The notes beneath the pieces are model-generated. The model was not told the DNA's origin and ran no database searches. It saw nothing but the letters and a program-made list of their open reading frames with translations. Both the position numbers and the translations under genes were made by a program. Positions 23,860 through 38,919 of a stretch of 64,000 bases of DNA are shown here, piece after piece. Source of the DNA: Hamiltosporidium tvaerminnensis FI-OER-3-3 (taxonomy: Eukaryota; Fungi; Microsporidia); contig JAKIMF020000007.1 in assembly GCA_022605425.2 (NCBI GenBank), forward strand, positions 1,364,001 to 1,428,000, read 5' to 3'. The number at the start of each line of letters is the position of its first letter. Position 1 is the first letter of the stretch.

Positions 23860-24620
23860 ATGCAAGAAAAAAAAGATTGTAGTTAGAAAAAAAAATTATT
23901 GGAGGAAAAAATTTAGGAATAAATCGTGAGAGTAAAATTAGAGTAGAGATGAGCATTGGGTTTTACATCTATTAAAAAAGTTTTTGGTTAGGGAAAGAAA
24001 AATTGTAGTTACGGAAAAAGGATTTTAGCTAGGGAACAGGTATACGAAGGAAGAAAATTAGGTATGTGAAAAGAGAATTAGTTGGTAATAGGGTTTAGGG
24101 AAAGTGAAATCAGGCCGGGGGAAAGGATTTCTAAGGAAAAAGTATTGTTTTTTAAAATTTAAAAAATACTAAGGAAAGTTAAAATTGGTAGAAGAAGAAT
24201 CTGTTAATTAGAAAAAAATTGTCAGAATGATAATATTTAGTTGAAATTAATAGAGTTGGGTATGTTATTAAAATTTGTTTTAAAGCTACAAGTTTTAAAA
24301 AAAGAAAATAATTTGAACAGAATAAATAAAAATTACTTTTGTAAAGAAGAATTGTCCTGAAGGGAAACAAGTTTATGGAAAAAAGAATGTTAGGGCAAAA
24401 GAAATTAATTGCGGAAAAAATAAATTTAAAGATAAAATGATTTGGCCAGAAAAATGATGAAGTTATTTAAAATATATTTAAATATAAAGAAATTAGGGGG
24501 GTGAGATTCTGTTATGTAAAAAGAAATCAGGGTAAAAACAATTGGGATAGGGAAATAATAATAGGGTTGAAGAAAAACGTTTGGTTTCGGGGATTAAGAA
24601 AAAGGGTAGGGAAAGCTTGT
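23860..24620 (+). repeat. Degenerate purine-rich ~20-21-bp minisatellite (GGAAAAAGATTGTAGTTA-like)
   Basis: Recurrent ggaaaa..att..gtta units with almost no C on the + strand. Paralog at ~54420-55230. Confidence 0.45.
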
Positions 24621-27449
24621 TAGGAGTGGTATGAAATTAATTAGTTGAGTGAAAAAAGTTTTTGCTATTTTTTAAAAAGAGTTTGGTTTTTAGAAGTATT
24701 TGATTCTGCATATGCTCAATAAAATATTGTTGAGCAACAGTTTAAAAATTCTGATTGCGGTTAATTGAAAAAGGTATGTCTAATTACAAATAAATTCCTT
24801 CTTTCATTAATATTTAGCTGCTTTTAAATTTATTTTAATTTTCGTTTGAGGAATTCTTTTTTAAAACATAAATATATTTGGTTCCAAGGTATTAAGAGTA
24901 GTTTTCACTGGCAATAGTTATGGAATCTGCTAAATTCAAATTATTACATGTAAAAAATCATTTGCTATTAGGACAAAGTTTTTTTTTAAATTTCAGATGA
25001 ATAAATTCAATACTTACTTTTTATAGTTGAAAATTTATTTTAATTAAAAATATAAAAAGCAATACATTTACAAGCGTTTTATTTTTATATTCAAAAGAAA
25101 TGTCGCTATTTCATGCATAAGGATTTTCAATGTTAAATCAATGTATGAATTTTTACTTACTTTAATAAAAGCAAAAAAATCATGAAAAACTTTTAAAAAA
25201 AGCGATTTCAATGGGCATTAAGGTATATCTTTATTCTATTTCTATTTATTGTAGATTCGTACTAAATGAAAAACTAAAATTTTCTAAAATCGACCAAAAA
25301 ATAAAGACTTTTAATTTACTTGAAGAAAAATGAAAGGCTTAATGCAAATCACTCAAATGCAAGTTAAATTTAAAATAAATAGTTAATATTTTAGAAAATG
25401 TATAAAGCATCCATTACCATTCCAATTAAAAAGTTTTGCTTCTAGTGACCTGGGTGAGCGAAATACTTGAGAAATATAGTAAAGAAAATAATATTTGCTT
25501 AACATGTAGCAGTGAAATACTTGAGAAAGTTAGTTTAGAAAAGCAATAAAGAAATATACGTTTCGATTAACATTACAATGTCCTTACTTAAGTTCTGTAA
25601 CATAGCTAGCAACAAAGTATGTAAAACCTTTAGAAAAATAAAACGAACAAATTTATTTAAATAGAAATGTAAATATATAAGAATCTACACACATGCAAAA
25701 TATTATAAAAGACATATTTTTTTAGATTGTGATTGAATTAAAGCACTTAAAAGCATACAATCAAAATTGTAAGATATTGTAAACAATAAATTAAGGTTGT
25801 TCGTAAGATGATTTAAGATTTTTTTGAATAGTATTTTGATATAATTTTATTATATAGGGTATATTTCTTCAAACAACTTTTCTATCTAAATAGGCAGTGT
25901 TGTCAAAGTATTTGGCTCATTGCCTTAAAGTTCTTGTAAATACAATTGATGTTGTTGGTAGGCGTATCTTAGCATTATAGAGTGATTAAAATCATTCATT
26001 TCGAATTCATTGATTTGTAAACAAGATTGATTCTGATTTAGGGCATCTATATTGAAGCAAGTATAGAATTACGTAAATAAATTTGCATAAGTCTTTCTAT
26101 GATCCAGCAATTAAGATATATACAGATCCAGCAAATTTAGCCGCAAATATTACAGAGAATTCATATCTGTGAACGGTGGCATTTGTTATATTTGGCTTCC
26201 ACTTCAGTACAGTCATAGCTTTTGTAGTTTAAAAGATGAAGAGTTTTTCCTATAGAGCATCCGATATTTCAAACATATTCTTGAAGCTAATCTGTAGAGG
26301 ATGCTACAAAATGAAAAACCCTTGCCTATTTATACTTTTGATTTTTTTTACAATCAATGTCACTTAGAATCAAATTTCATTTAATTCGTTCTGTATCTTG
26401 ATAGATATTCTTCCAAAGAAATCTATCTAATTACAATATGAGTTAACTCAAGTCACAATTGTTAATTATACCATCCACTGTTTACCCTTCTAAACCATTT
26501 TAATGTATAACAATACTTATTTAAATTATGTTCTTGGCTTCTTTTAAATCATACTAAGATATTCTATAAGTATATCCCTACAATGTAATTTCCTTCATAA
26601 ATATTTCATATCTGAATTTTTACATTGCCTAAATTTAAATAAAAAAAATTATAAAAATAGTTGTAAAATAAATTAATTTCGAACAATGTATTATCTAAAA
26701 AAAATTTATTGTTTAATACGTATAGAGATATAGTTAAAATAATTGCTACATGGAATCGTCTAAATTATTATTAATAATTTAAAAAAAAATATTAAAATCT
26801 AAATTTGTTAGAATGCATATAATTTGCATAAAGTTTTATCCTTATCAAAAGTATTTTAAAATGGAAAGCTTTGTATAAGCGAAAATGTATCCACTAAAAT
26901 TCTAATTTTTTATTTATTGTAAAATTGTGATTATTAGAAAAGGCACATTAGTTTTTAAATACCTTTCAATTAAATATAAAATGCATAGTATTTCAAACAA
27001 TAGAAGCATATAGATTTAGGAATGTGAATTCCTTAAACACAAAAAATATTGAGAGAAAAATATTATTAAAAAATATTTGTTTAAAACAGCATTACCTTTT
27101 AATTTTTACAAAATATAAAATATGTTTAATCTTCTAACACAAACCAAAAAAGGATATAAGATAATATATAATACAAAATTTCTATTGAGTTCAAACGGCT
27201 TACTTAAGCGTTAATAGCTCAAATATTTATGAAGATTTTGTAATAGGAAGAACACATTTAATCAAGAAGAAAACAATTCAATCATAAAGCCTACACTTCA
27301 CTCATATATCATGAAGGACAAATGGATTTTCTTAACGTTTAAAAGAAATAGTCGAGCAAATATACAAAAGTAATGTTTTGTGATATAGAGTAAATAAAAT
27401 CTATTAATTTTTAAAATTATAACTTATAAATTTCATTATATTAATTTAT

Positions 27450-27900
27450 CTTTTTCTTTATAATATACACTTTACCTCGAATCTTTTCAAATAGACAAAT
27501 GCGTCTCATAATTGCGTTATTTGCTTTCGCGTTATTAAAATTTCAGTTAATGATATTGGGTATTTATCTACCAACATATTATGAGTGAATTCATTAAATT
27601 ATTTAGTTAATTTTGACTTCAAACAAGATCAGATGAGTTCTTGGTGACTACACTTTGAACAAGGTAAGTGTAAATAACCTTAGATATACCATTCCATAAT
27701 CCGAATCCGCTTGGATAGTTTGAGATAATATATTACAGGTGCTAATATTTAAGTAAAAATATATCAGTTGGTTGTGGCAGAGGTTCTATTCCTCTAAATT
27801 AGTTTAATCTTTATTCATATAAGGAAGAATCAGAAGTTTCAAAATGAAAAAGTACTAATTTACTTGTAAAAGATGCCACAACATTTAGAATTGAAGCTCA
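27450..27900 (-). pseudogene. Decayed ORF of unknown function (paralog at ~58060-58520)
   Basis: Mostly open frame ASILNVVASFTSKLVLFHFETSDSSLYE*RLN... with scattered stops in both copies. Confidence 0.3.
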
Positions 27901-28862
27901 CTTATAGTTTTAGTGATTTTTAATACCTAATTGTCTCTATTTTTAAGTTTTAATTGGAAAAATAATAATTTCGATATAATTAGCTATAAATCGACTAACA
28001 AACTCATCGAAATTTTATTTTTTAAATTATAATACACGACTTATTGAGTAAAAACAATATGTTTTTTAATCTTTTCATTTAATATCCTCTTATAAATATA
28101 TCTAGATATAAAAATGTTATCAATATCTTCTAATTCAGATTTGTATATGTGTTTCTTTATTATGTAAAGAGTTGTTCGTAGCTGTAAAGCTATAAAAAAA
28201 TATATATTAAAATATGTGGTATAAAATTAAGTTTATACTGAACTATATTGATCATTCATTCTATCTTTATACAGATTAAAATATTACAAAATTATTTTTT
28301 AGTTGAATTGTTTTTTTGTGTGAATCCGTATTGTTACAGTGAAAGTTAGGGATCAAAAATACCAAAAAACAGATATCCAAACCATTTAAGTAATAGTTGT
28401 AGAAATTGTATTTAAGCTAGGTAGATAATTCAAAAGCATTCAAATGTACGAATAATTAATGTAAAATCATCCAGAAAAATGTAGTTTAATATAAAAGTAA
28501 TAAAAATAAAATAAAGTTATTAGTTCAAGACATTTTAGTATACTATCCTATTTAGTTTAGGTTAATTCTTTAGCACTTTGCAGTAAGATAGTATATAATT
28601 CTAATAAAAAGAGTTTACAAATTATAAAATAATTTAACATATTTATGAATATAACAATTTAAGTTGGTTCACTCTGGCTATATATTATAAAACAAAATAT
28701 TTATTTATGATATATTGAGAGGAATGAAATATTAAGATATACTGCCTATAAATTGTATTACACATAATAAATTAATCCCTTTATAAATCTATAAAAATTT
28801 AATCCATTTCACAAAAGTTTATAGTATTAATTTTCTCATTAATTCGATTAAAACTTCTATAC

Positions 28863-29300
28863 ATGATATTAAAATATCTTTCACATATACATCTTTCTTT
28901 CAAATAGATTTATATTTTTTTTAAGTAACATAAACAATACATTTATAATAGATACCTGGCATTTCAATCAATTTTATAAAAGGTAAATAATATGAGGTTA
29001 TATAGAAATCGAAAGTTATCTATAAATTCCATATATGATTAATGTTTCTAACAATATACTGAGAGCTTTCCAAACGATTTCATAAAATTTAATACGGCCA
29101 TATTAGCGTTAAACACAGCGTATTATGACCAAGATAAAAAAATCTTATTTTTAGATATTTAGTAAAGGTTTTAATAGTCCAAATATTCCAAAAAACAATA
29201 AATAAACATCCAATACCTCACACTTAAAAACTTCCAATTATGGTAAATTTTATAAGCTTATTAAGGTTAACCCCTTAAAATCATATAAAAAGAGAAATTA
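28863..29300 (+). pseudogene. Small secreted-type protein family X, copy 1
   Basis: GYIEIESYL*IPYMINVSNNILRAF..NTAYYDQD, homologous to the copies at 52316 and 59521. Contains stops and a 1-nt deletion. Confidence 0.55.
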
Positions 29301-29799
29301 CTTAACTATATATTCTAATGTAACATAGTGATGTGATTAAACTAATTTTTAGATAAATGAATATAAAATTGACATTAAATTTATAAAAATTCCATAAAAA
29401 TATAATAACATAATACATTATTAAAGAAAAAATAGTACATTTTGAAAAAATTCAACATTATAAGAGCTAGAATAGTTTATTTGTAGAAAAACGCTTACAT
29501 AAGTGACCATTTAACTTAGCAAATAAATAACAAAAGAATGATCTAAAAAAATGTAACCACATTTAAAAAGTAGATTAAGGGTAAGCAAAATGAATTTAAG
29601 TAAAACAAGTATGTACAACAAGAAATTTTAAATGTAGTAAAAAGAAGAAAAATAATTACAAAAACATAAAATATATCAGTTAAAAAAACTTAAAAAGGAA
29701 ACGAAGCTAAATAAAATTTAAAAAATAAACAAGTATTAAAATTTAAAGAAAAAATGGCTGATTTAATTAAAAGAAACCATATTTGATAATTATAAAGAT

Positions 29800-32700
29800 T
29801 TCTGGTCCCTTTTCCGGATTTTTCATGTATATAGTCTTATTTGTTTTTATATTTTCTTTTCATATTTTAGAATCTTCAATTCGACTATAAGTACCTATAT
29901 CGACTAAAAACGATAATTTTTGAGTACAGAAATTTACAAAAAGCACCTAGAAATTTTATTATACATACAATATCTAATTATTAAAGAATTATTCATTATA
30001 TTCAAAGTAATTTTCGGTATTAAAACATATATCTTGTAAAATATTTTCAAAAATTTTGGAATAGCCTACACACTATATACGAGATAAGATGTACACAATG
30101 AAAAAAAAATATTTATGAAATAATGTTCTTAAAAACGGGAAAAGTTTATTAACAACCTCAATATTGTTTCCTTATTAGATAATTTCTTGTATTTTTGCTG
30201 TTTTTTGACTATTTAAAAATTTTATTTTGTCATCGATAATTCTCGATTTGTTTCATATACTATATACAAATATATCACGAAAAAAATCAAAAAAAAATTG
30301 TAATGAAGATTGCATGACCAAATTTTATACATAATAAACAGTCATATTTTTATAAGCATATTAGTAGAATTTGTATCAATTTCTGAGCATTAAATAGTAT
30401 TTCTTTTTTACACAGTATTTTAAAAATTTTAAAATCTTCAACTCTGATACATTTAACTCTATTAAACAAAATAGAAAAAATCAAGCAATAAAAAAAGCTG
30501 ATAAAAATGACTAAATTTATTCTTAACTATAAATAAATTTTTTTACTAAACATCTGATGTATCTATACCAATTTTTATTCAACGAAACATCTATTTTTTT
30601 AATTATATTTTTTTCCATTTTTCATATCATTCTAACGACTATACATAAAACAAATCGAAAAAATCAATTCATTCGAATTTAATAGAAAGATATCCTGTAA
30701 ATTTAAATGAAAGAGAAATATTCTGTTACACTATTCAGAATTTGATAGTTGCGATATTTTCGTAATATAATTCTTAAATTTTTTTTAAGAAGATTTTCAC
30801 CTTTTTTTAAATTTCTTCATTCACAATATACTATGTAGTTTGACAAATTCGAAAAAATTAATTTAGAAATTTACTTTCAGAATTTCGGAGTTTACACAGA
30901 AGCAACCTTTTAGAGTACTGTAAGACTCCTCTATAGATTAATTAAAATTTGTGCATTGAATATATATATTTCGTTGATGTTTTTTCAATTTTCAAACGCG
31001 ACATATTTATATGTATATATGCCTAAAAAATTCAAAAAAATTGAAAATTGAAACAAACACACAAAATGACCTAATATTATCATAAACCATAATCTAAGTA
31101 TATAGACGTATTTTTTAAAATATTGAGAGCATTATAATTATTTTAAGGTTTGTTTAGGCAACTTCAATTTTTCATAATTTTTATCTTTCTTAATATTCAT
31201 ATAAAAGATATACTAAGCAACAATGCAAATAAGTATTAAAAATTTATAAGAAAAACTGCTATATTTTATAGTAAACATAAAAATAAAATTATTAAAATCA
31301 CACTTGATGTATTTTTATAGATTCCTATGCGTTGAAGCGTTTATTTTTTAAGAACAGCTTTTTTATATTTTTTAAATCGTATATACGACTGTACGAAAAC
31401 TGATTAATGAAATCAAAAAAATTAATAAAAATTGACTAAATTTTTTATTATTTCATTCGGAACTTTATAAATCCATATGGAATGTTTTTACATTCTTTGG
31501 AAATAATTCATATATTTTTTTGGTTTATTTTTAGAATCTTGTAATGGTTTATACAACTATATTGAAACTAATCTAACAGAATTAAAAAATATAGGTAAAT
31601 CAAATACAAATTTAAGAATAAATATATTAGGTTAAGAATCTACCTGGTAGTATTTCGAATCATTCTTATTTAAATAAACATAATTGTTTTTTTAATTTGA
31701 ATTTGTGATAACTTTTAAATAATTGAATATAGTATATAGAAATAAAAAATGATTTTAAAAAATTCAGTCTAAAAGTTACATAGAATATTAGAAATTTAAC
31801 ATAAACATAACATTAATGATATCCTAAGAACATTTATTATATGTGTTCTTTGAGATTATAACTAATGTTTTTTTCTGAATTTTTTTTTCTAATTTAAAAT
31901 CGTTTCCTACAGTATATAGAAAATATTATCGAAAAAAATATGAAAATTTGGAAAATGGAATTACTCAGAAACATTCCTAAACCTTTCGTAAAATATAATT
32001 ATATTAGATTATTAAAAGCAGTTCTGTATAATTTTCAAAGAATTTTTATCATTATAGATTTTCTTTTTTTTCCTGGAATTTTCATCATCTCGAATCGTCA
32101 ATACGACTGACTATATAGAAATTATATCGAAAAAAATTACTAAAAATTAGGTAAACAAACTTACACTAAAAACACATAATTTCATATTAAACGAACTTTT
32201 AAAGTTATTTTAAGAATTTTTAAGCCATTTTAGGTGATTATTAACCATTTAATTTATATATTTCATTTATTTTTTTATTAATTTTCCGAGTATTTAATAC
32301 TACTATAGAAAAATATTTGAACCACTTATAAAAAAAATTAGGTAATAAAAATCCGCATAATCATGAATAAATTCCATTTTAAACAATCTTATTTCATTAT
32401 TAATAACAGATTCGAAGTATTTTAATAAATTCTTAAGCATTTAATCGAAGCTTTTTTTTAAAATTTTTTTTATTGCTTCATAACTGTATACAGCAAATAT
32501 ATCGAATAAAATCGTAAAAAATTAGGTAATAAAAACTTGATAAAACATAGCTATATTTAATTATAAAAAAGGCATGAAATATTGTTAAAAACCTATCTGA
32601 TGTATTTATAACAATTTTAAAGCATTGGATCTCATATCTTTCGAGTCCAAGTTCTTTAAGATTTCTAAAGTGTTTCATATACTATATAAAAATATATTGA

Positions 32701-34150
32701 ACAAAATTAAAAAAATTAAGTGAAAAAATGACATCGAAGATAATCATAATTTTATTTAAAACTAGAAAATTAAATTATTTATTTAACATCCGAAGTGCTT
32801 TATGCAATTTTTATTCAATAAAACATATATTTTTCTAAATTTATTTTTTTTAAAATTTTTGAATTGTCAATTCGACTCAAGGCGGACACTAGCTTTGAAT
32901 AAACTCGAAAAAATTATGTACATAAATAACACCGAACATTAAGAAATTTATTTAAGTAAATTAATTTTCACAATTTAGATTATTTAAAGCGTTTAGATAT
33001 GGGATTTTCAATTATTAAATTGTATATTTTTGAACCAATTTGTTTCCGATTTTCAGTCGTTTCATATACTATGAACAAAAGATTTAAAAAAATACAGTGA
33101 AAAAATTTAATGACAAAATTTATAGTAAAAATGACCAAATTAAATCGTAAAGATTATTTTTAATTATTATAAAACCATTCACTCTATTTACAATAATTTC
33201 TAAATATGTAATCTTAAAATTTTATAGCTCGATTTTTTGATAATTTTATAACTTCCATTCGACTATACATAAATGATCGACCAAAATCTAAAAAAGTTAA
33301 ATAGAAAAAAAATTGCATAAAATATAAAGATATACTATATAAAAAAATATTATATTTATTTACACATATCTATTCTATTATAATGTATTTACAACCTTAA
33401 GATCTAACTATGTTTGAATTATTTTTTACATTTTTCCAAATCGTTTCATACACTATATACATAATATATAAAACAAATTTAAAAAAAAAATAGGTTAAAA
33501 AAAATCCAAAACATATTAAAATTTTAATCTAGACTATAAAAAGTAATTATATTATCCGTCCAAGAGATTTATATTGATTTTTATCTACTAAAACTTATAT
33601 ATTTTAAAATCATTATAAAATAATTTTGGATTGTCTATACCTATATACTAAACTATATAAAAAAACCGAAAACATAAAATAAAAAAAATATACCGGAAAC
33701 ATGGCTAAATGGAATATTAAACATCACCAATTATATTATTATAAACATTTATGTACTATTCTCGTTATTTTTTAAGTATTAAATTCTATTTCTTATAAGC
33801 TTAACTTTTTCTTAGTTTTAAAGCCTTCAATACAAATATGATAAACATATCGAAAAAAATACGTAACAAAAATTAGTACAAAATGGCGATAAATTTTAAT
33901 ATTTACGAAATCCACAAACTAATACAAGATCTTTTATATCCTTTCTATATATTTCAAATAATAATTCATATATTTTTTCGAATTCGATTTTCGAAATATT
34001 AACTTTTTTAATACACTATATAAAAATATTATTGTATTAAAGAAAAAAAAATTAGCTAAAAAATTTACATAAAATATGAATGTTTTAATTCTAAACTTTG
34101 GAAATAGATAGTATAAAGAACATTTAGAATGCTTTTATGTACTTTTAATG
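29800..34150 (+). repeat. Degenerate ~190-bp satellite array 1 (about 22-23 units)
   Basis: Core (tttcata/gtcaatac)-ACTATA-x-gaaaatatat(c/t)ga-A-tract-ttaggtaat recurs about every 185-193 bp. tttcata anchors at 30251, 32673, 33060 and 33444. Confidence 0.85.
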
Positions 34151-37100
34151 TTACTTGATTATTTTATTGACTTTTCTTAATAAACTTTAAAATATTTCTT
34201 AAGGAATAAGGAAAAAGAATAAATGAAAAGAAAATATACTGCAAAAATATCTAAATTATAAAGATTCTAGTTAATTAGAAATAATATGAAACAATAAAAT
34301 ATATGAATAGAAAACTATATATTTAAAGATAAAAGTCTCTTTGTACTGAATTAAAGAGCTATTTAAAATGTAACAAAATAAAACAACGCAAATAGAAAAA
34401 AAACAAAAGGAAAAGTCAATATTTAATACAAAGAACAATAATGTAGAAATGTAGACGAAAGTAAAAAGAAATATATAAAAATAAAAACGTGAAATGACTT
34501 AATTTATTTATTTCAAATATAATCCATGCCAATTAATGTAACTTTTATTGTTTTCTTCATACTACTATCTGTTTCCTTAAATCCGTATTTTAAATTCTAT
34601 TTCCCTGCTTATTTTCAATCGAAGTATGCTTTCATGTTTGTGCATTCCAAATTATGGAGAGAAATATTATTACCATTGATTAGTTTAATTTTTCCGGATC
34701 ATTAAGTATATATGTAATTTGGATATCATTTATTTTATATTATCTCTATTAAAAACATCTATAGGTCTTTTACATTAAAAAAAGTATGAATTATAAAAGT
34801 AAGAGAAAAAAGCCCCAATGGTTAAACTCAATATTCTTTCCAAGACGAAGGTTTAGTGTTGCATTTACATCGCAGACCCTTAAAATAAAAAATGCCAAAA
34901 ACACCTATATATACATAACGAAGCTCCAATTCACTCGTGAAGCTAATACCTATATTCAAATTGATTTTATTGAAGCCAGGTGTGAATTAACACTTAATAT
35001 CAATGTATTATACAAAAATCTATATAACCAGAACATAGAATGTAGCACACACTTTTTAAAGTAAAAAAATGATAGAAAGCCAATTTTATATATTATTTCT
35101 AACACGATAATAAATTACTATGTTGATCTAAAATGAAATATGCTAAAAACATATCAAGAAAATTTATAATATGGTTCACAGTCATATTTTTAATAATATT
35201 TTTCATTTCGACCTGATCAAATAATAGCAGGTTAAAATGTAAAACAAATTCGATCTATTGCGTATAATAATTTTCGAATGCTAAATTTAATTTTTTCTAA
35301 CTATTATACTTGAGATCTTATAAAAATGACGGCGTAAAAGGTTTAGACTGTAAATAAAATTATATAAATTAATTTAAATATTTTACTTTAGTAGAGACAA
35401 TAAAATCAAAATTATTTCGAATAATATAATAAGAGTAAATTAAAAGCAACCAAAATATGTAACTATAATAGATATTATTCTTAAAAATGAATTTCTAAAA
35501 CCAAACTATTTTGATAATGATTTAAAACATATTTTAGTCTTCTGATACATTACCAGAACAATGATGTTTATTTTAAATAGTGCGATTCTATTTTGCCATT
35601 TAAAAAGAAAAATTTTATTCTTTTTTGTATTGTAAGTTTTCCAATTCCACTTTAAATGAAAATCAAAGCATAAAATCCAAAATTTAAGATTCTGACTTAC
35701 TATTTCAAGGACCCAATGCGATTCACCTTTTTCTCAATATAACAGTATTTAAAACGAATATTTAACACAGTCTTTAATATATAAGCTTAATTCAGCATTG
35801 TTTTTAATTCTAAAAAATATTTACTTTATTATAGTTTACAATAGTATTTTCAGACAAATAAAATTCGAGTTATTAAAAAATAATTTCCATAAATTTAAAT
35901 TTCGTATAAAAATAATTTTATCTCGATTAGCATAGTTTTATATTTTTCTGAGATAACTATTAGTCAGCGAAATTAGGATTTAATTATCTTACATTTTTAT
36001 GATGGAATTTAACCATAAAAAAAAATTACTTTTTTTTAGTAGAATTCAGAGTTATACGCATCTAAAACATAAATTATAGTTTAAATGAATAAATTTACGT
36101 TTAAATCTTATTAGAACAAACATTTACATATAAATATCAAAAAATTGCATCAAGGTTCTGAAAAAAAATATTCCTTGTAACATCAGTAAAAATAACCCAA
36201 AAAAGAAATTACTAAACAAAAATAGTAGATTAACTTATTGATCTAGATTGTATGTAAGAATCAAGAGTTTATAGTAGTAAAGAAAATAAATTTGAGATAA
36301 CTTTATTATACTTGAAAACAGGTTTAAAAATTTCATTATATTAAGAATTCATTTAAAAAAGCTTTTTTCATAGAATATAAGAACTGAATGCACATTTTCT
36401 TTGGTAATAACAAATTCTAAATTAAAAATTTGATATATCAAGATAATAACGTTTCCTTAATGATAATTAATTTACTGTAAATAAATTTGAGAAACTAATT
36501 AAATATTATGAAAACTATCTATTCTTTACTAAAAAAATTAAGTTGAACCTAATTTTTTAACATATACAATTAGAATATTTTTTTGTGCAAAATAAAAAGA
36601 TTTATTGCCTCATAATTCTAAATTTTAAATAAACGGATAAATTATATCTTTAAACTCAAGAATTAGTAAAAAGATTTTAGTGATACAATAAATCATTCAG
36701 TTATCCAATAATCTATTATTATATGAATTAATTTACAAAAATTATAAACTCTTACATTTATTTCTTATATAGCTCGGATATCGTTCTGAGATACATAAAT
36801 TTATAATAAAAAGCAGTTCTTACACTTATAAATTGTGGGAAATTCTAGTTTATAAAATTTAACTAAAATGATTTGAAATACAAATTTTTGTGGATCAAAC
36901 TAGATTAGATACAAGAAAAATTGTTAATTAAATTATTTTTTACAGTTAGTATTGATTTTTATGGTGGGTTTACTAATTTTCATAACTTCTAAAAGCATAG
37001 CTTTTTAGTCTATAATTAAAAAAAAAGTTTCAGTTTATTTTTTTAATATGGAATTTTGCACTTATAACAAAATAAAGAAAGACATATATTCCATTTCAAA

Positions 37101-38919
37101 TACATTTAAAATAATGCTTTAAATTATGTTATACAAATTTTAGTATCGTAAAATATTTATTTGATAGTTAACAAATATAAGTTTATTCATTTAAATGAAA
37201 AAGTTTAGATATATATTAGATAAATTATTGGGAAGAGATATAACGATTAAAAAGCTTTAAAACATTAAATCAGTTTCTTAACTAAAGAATTTACAATTCA
37301 ATATTAAAAAAGCTCGTAAATATAGAGGTATTTATCACAAATCTTATATTAAATTTTAAATTATTAAATCACCCGAGAAAAAGATAAATTCTAATAAACT
37401 TCTTTTATTTCATAAAATTTTAGATTTATATTAGTTTTTATTTTTGATTTGAAGTCAAGAATAAATATCACAATTAATTCTATTTTTAAACCAACAAGAT
37501 AGTATATAACGATCTTTATGAAGAAGAATGTATTATTATAACCTTTTACAGGAATTTCAACCTAGTAATGAATATATACATATAAATAGAGTATAAAACA
37601 TTTTAAATATAATAAAAGTATTTCAAAATATATAAAACGACCTTTCTTTCTTATAAAAAGTCAAAAAAAAAGTATTTAGAAATTATATTTAAGGATTAAA
37701 ATCGCTTATAACATATTCAAATAATTCAATGGATTTTAGGATAATTAAGCAGTATTTTCATACTAAAAGAAAAAAATTATTGAGTAAAAATACTTAAAAG
37801 TTTTTTAGAAATATATTAATTTATGAATAAATTTGGTTTTATTTATGCCTCAACCTTGTTATTTCTAACATTTTTAAATTCGTTATTTTTTTTTAAATTA
37901 TTCAATCGACATTTTATTTATTCAAATTAACAATGAGTTGCTTTTTAATGAATTTAAATATTTGATTGTTAATGAAAGCCTTATCACTAATATATACTAA
38001 AGAAAATTGAAGAAATAATTTTTTGTATGTCATTCCACCTTTAACACATTTCATTTTAAAAATTATTATTGATCGTTAGTATTGGACTTAATCTTAATTT
38101 GATTTAGAGATCTGATTTATATAATTTACGATATACACTATCCTGAATAATCTCTTAATTTGTTAAAATGCTGAATAATTAGACAATACTTACTTATATG
38201 AACTTAAACAATTATTACAACTTATTAAATAAAGAATAACGTCATATTACAATAAAAAAGCTTTTAATTAATTTTTTTTCAAATTTTTATTTTTTTTCTG
38301 TTTTATAAATAAAAAAATAAAATTTAAGAACTTGAGATATAAAATATTCACATTTCTTTTTATTTATTCTTGATTGAGATTAACAACTCTTTAAATGGTT
38401 GTTTATAATAAATTCTTAGCTTTAAAAACGGAATAAAATTAAAATTACATATAAGTGATTTAAAATAAAATGAAAATATAATAGAAAAAATAAAATAAAG
38501 AAATAGATATAATTAACGCAATTGAATTTATTTTAATAATTATAATGTGCAAAACAACAGTACTGAGAATTCCACTTCTTTTACAAACATTTTATTATTA
38601 TTAGAAAAATAGTTTTTCTAATTCAATAAATATTAGCAAATCTATAAATAATATACTAGAATTTATTATTTTAAAATGAAGATATAAGTAATTACTATTC
38701 AATAAAGCATATATATGAAGAATGCTACCATATATATTTTAAATATCAAAAATGAATTGTATTTAAAATTAATTGTAACAAAGTATTTCAAATGAAGACT
38801 TAATGTTTTTAAGCAACCATACTTTCTAATCTATTTATTTAAAAAAAGTATCTGCTTATCATTGATTTTAGAGATAATAAGACAAGAAGGGATTTAAAGG
38901 AAATAAATTTAGGAAAACA

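Larger units (their letters stand above)
22340..29560 (+). repeat. Segmental duplication A, copy 1 (direct paralog of ~52950-60200)
   Basis: Collinear matches throughout, e.g. 22781 with 53361, 25447 with 56056, 26393-26560 identical to ~57000-57167, 29230 with 59890. Confidence 0.95.
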
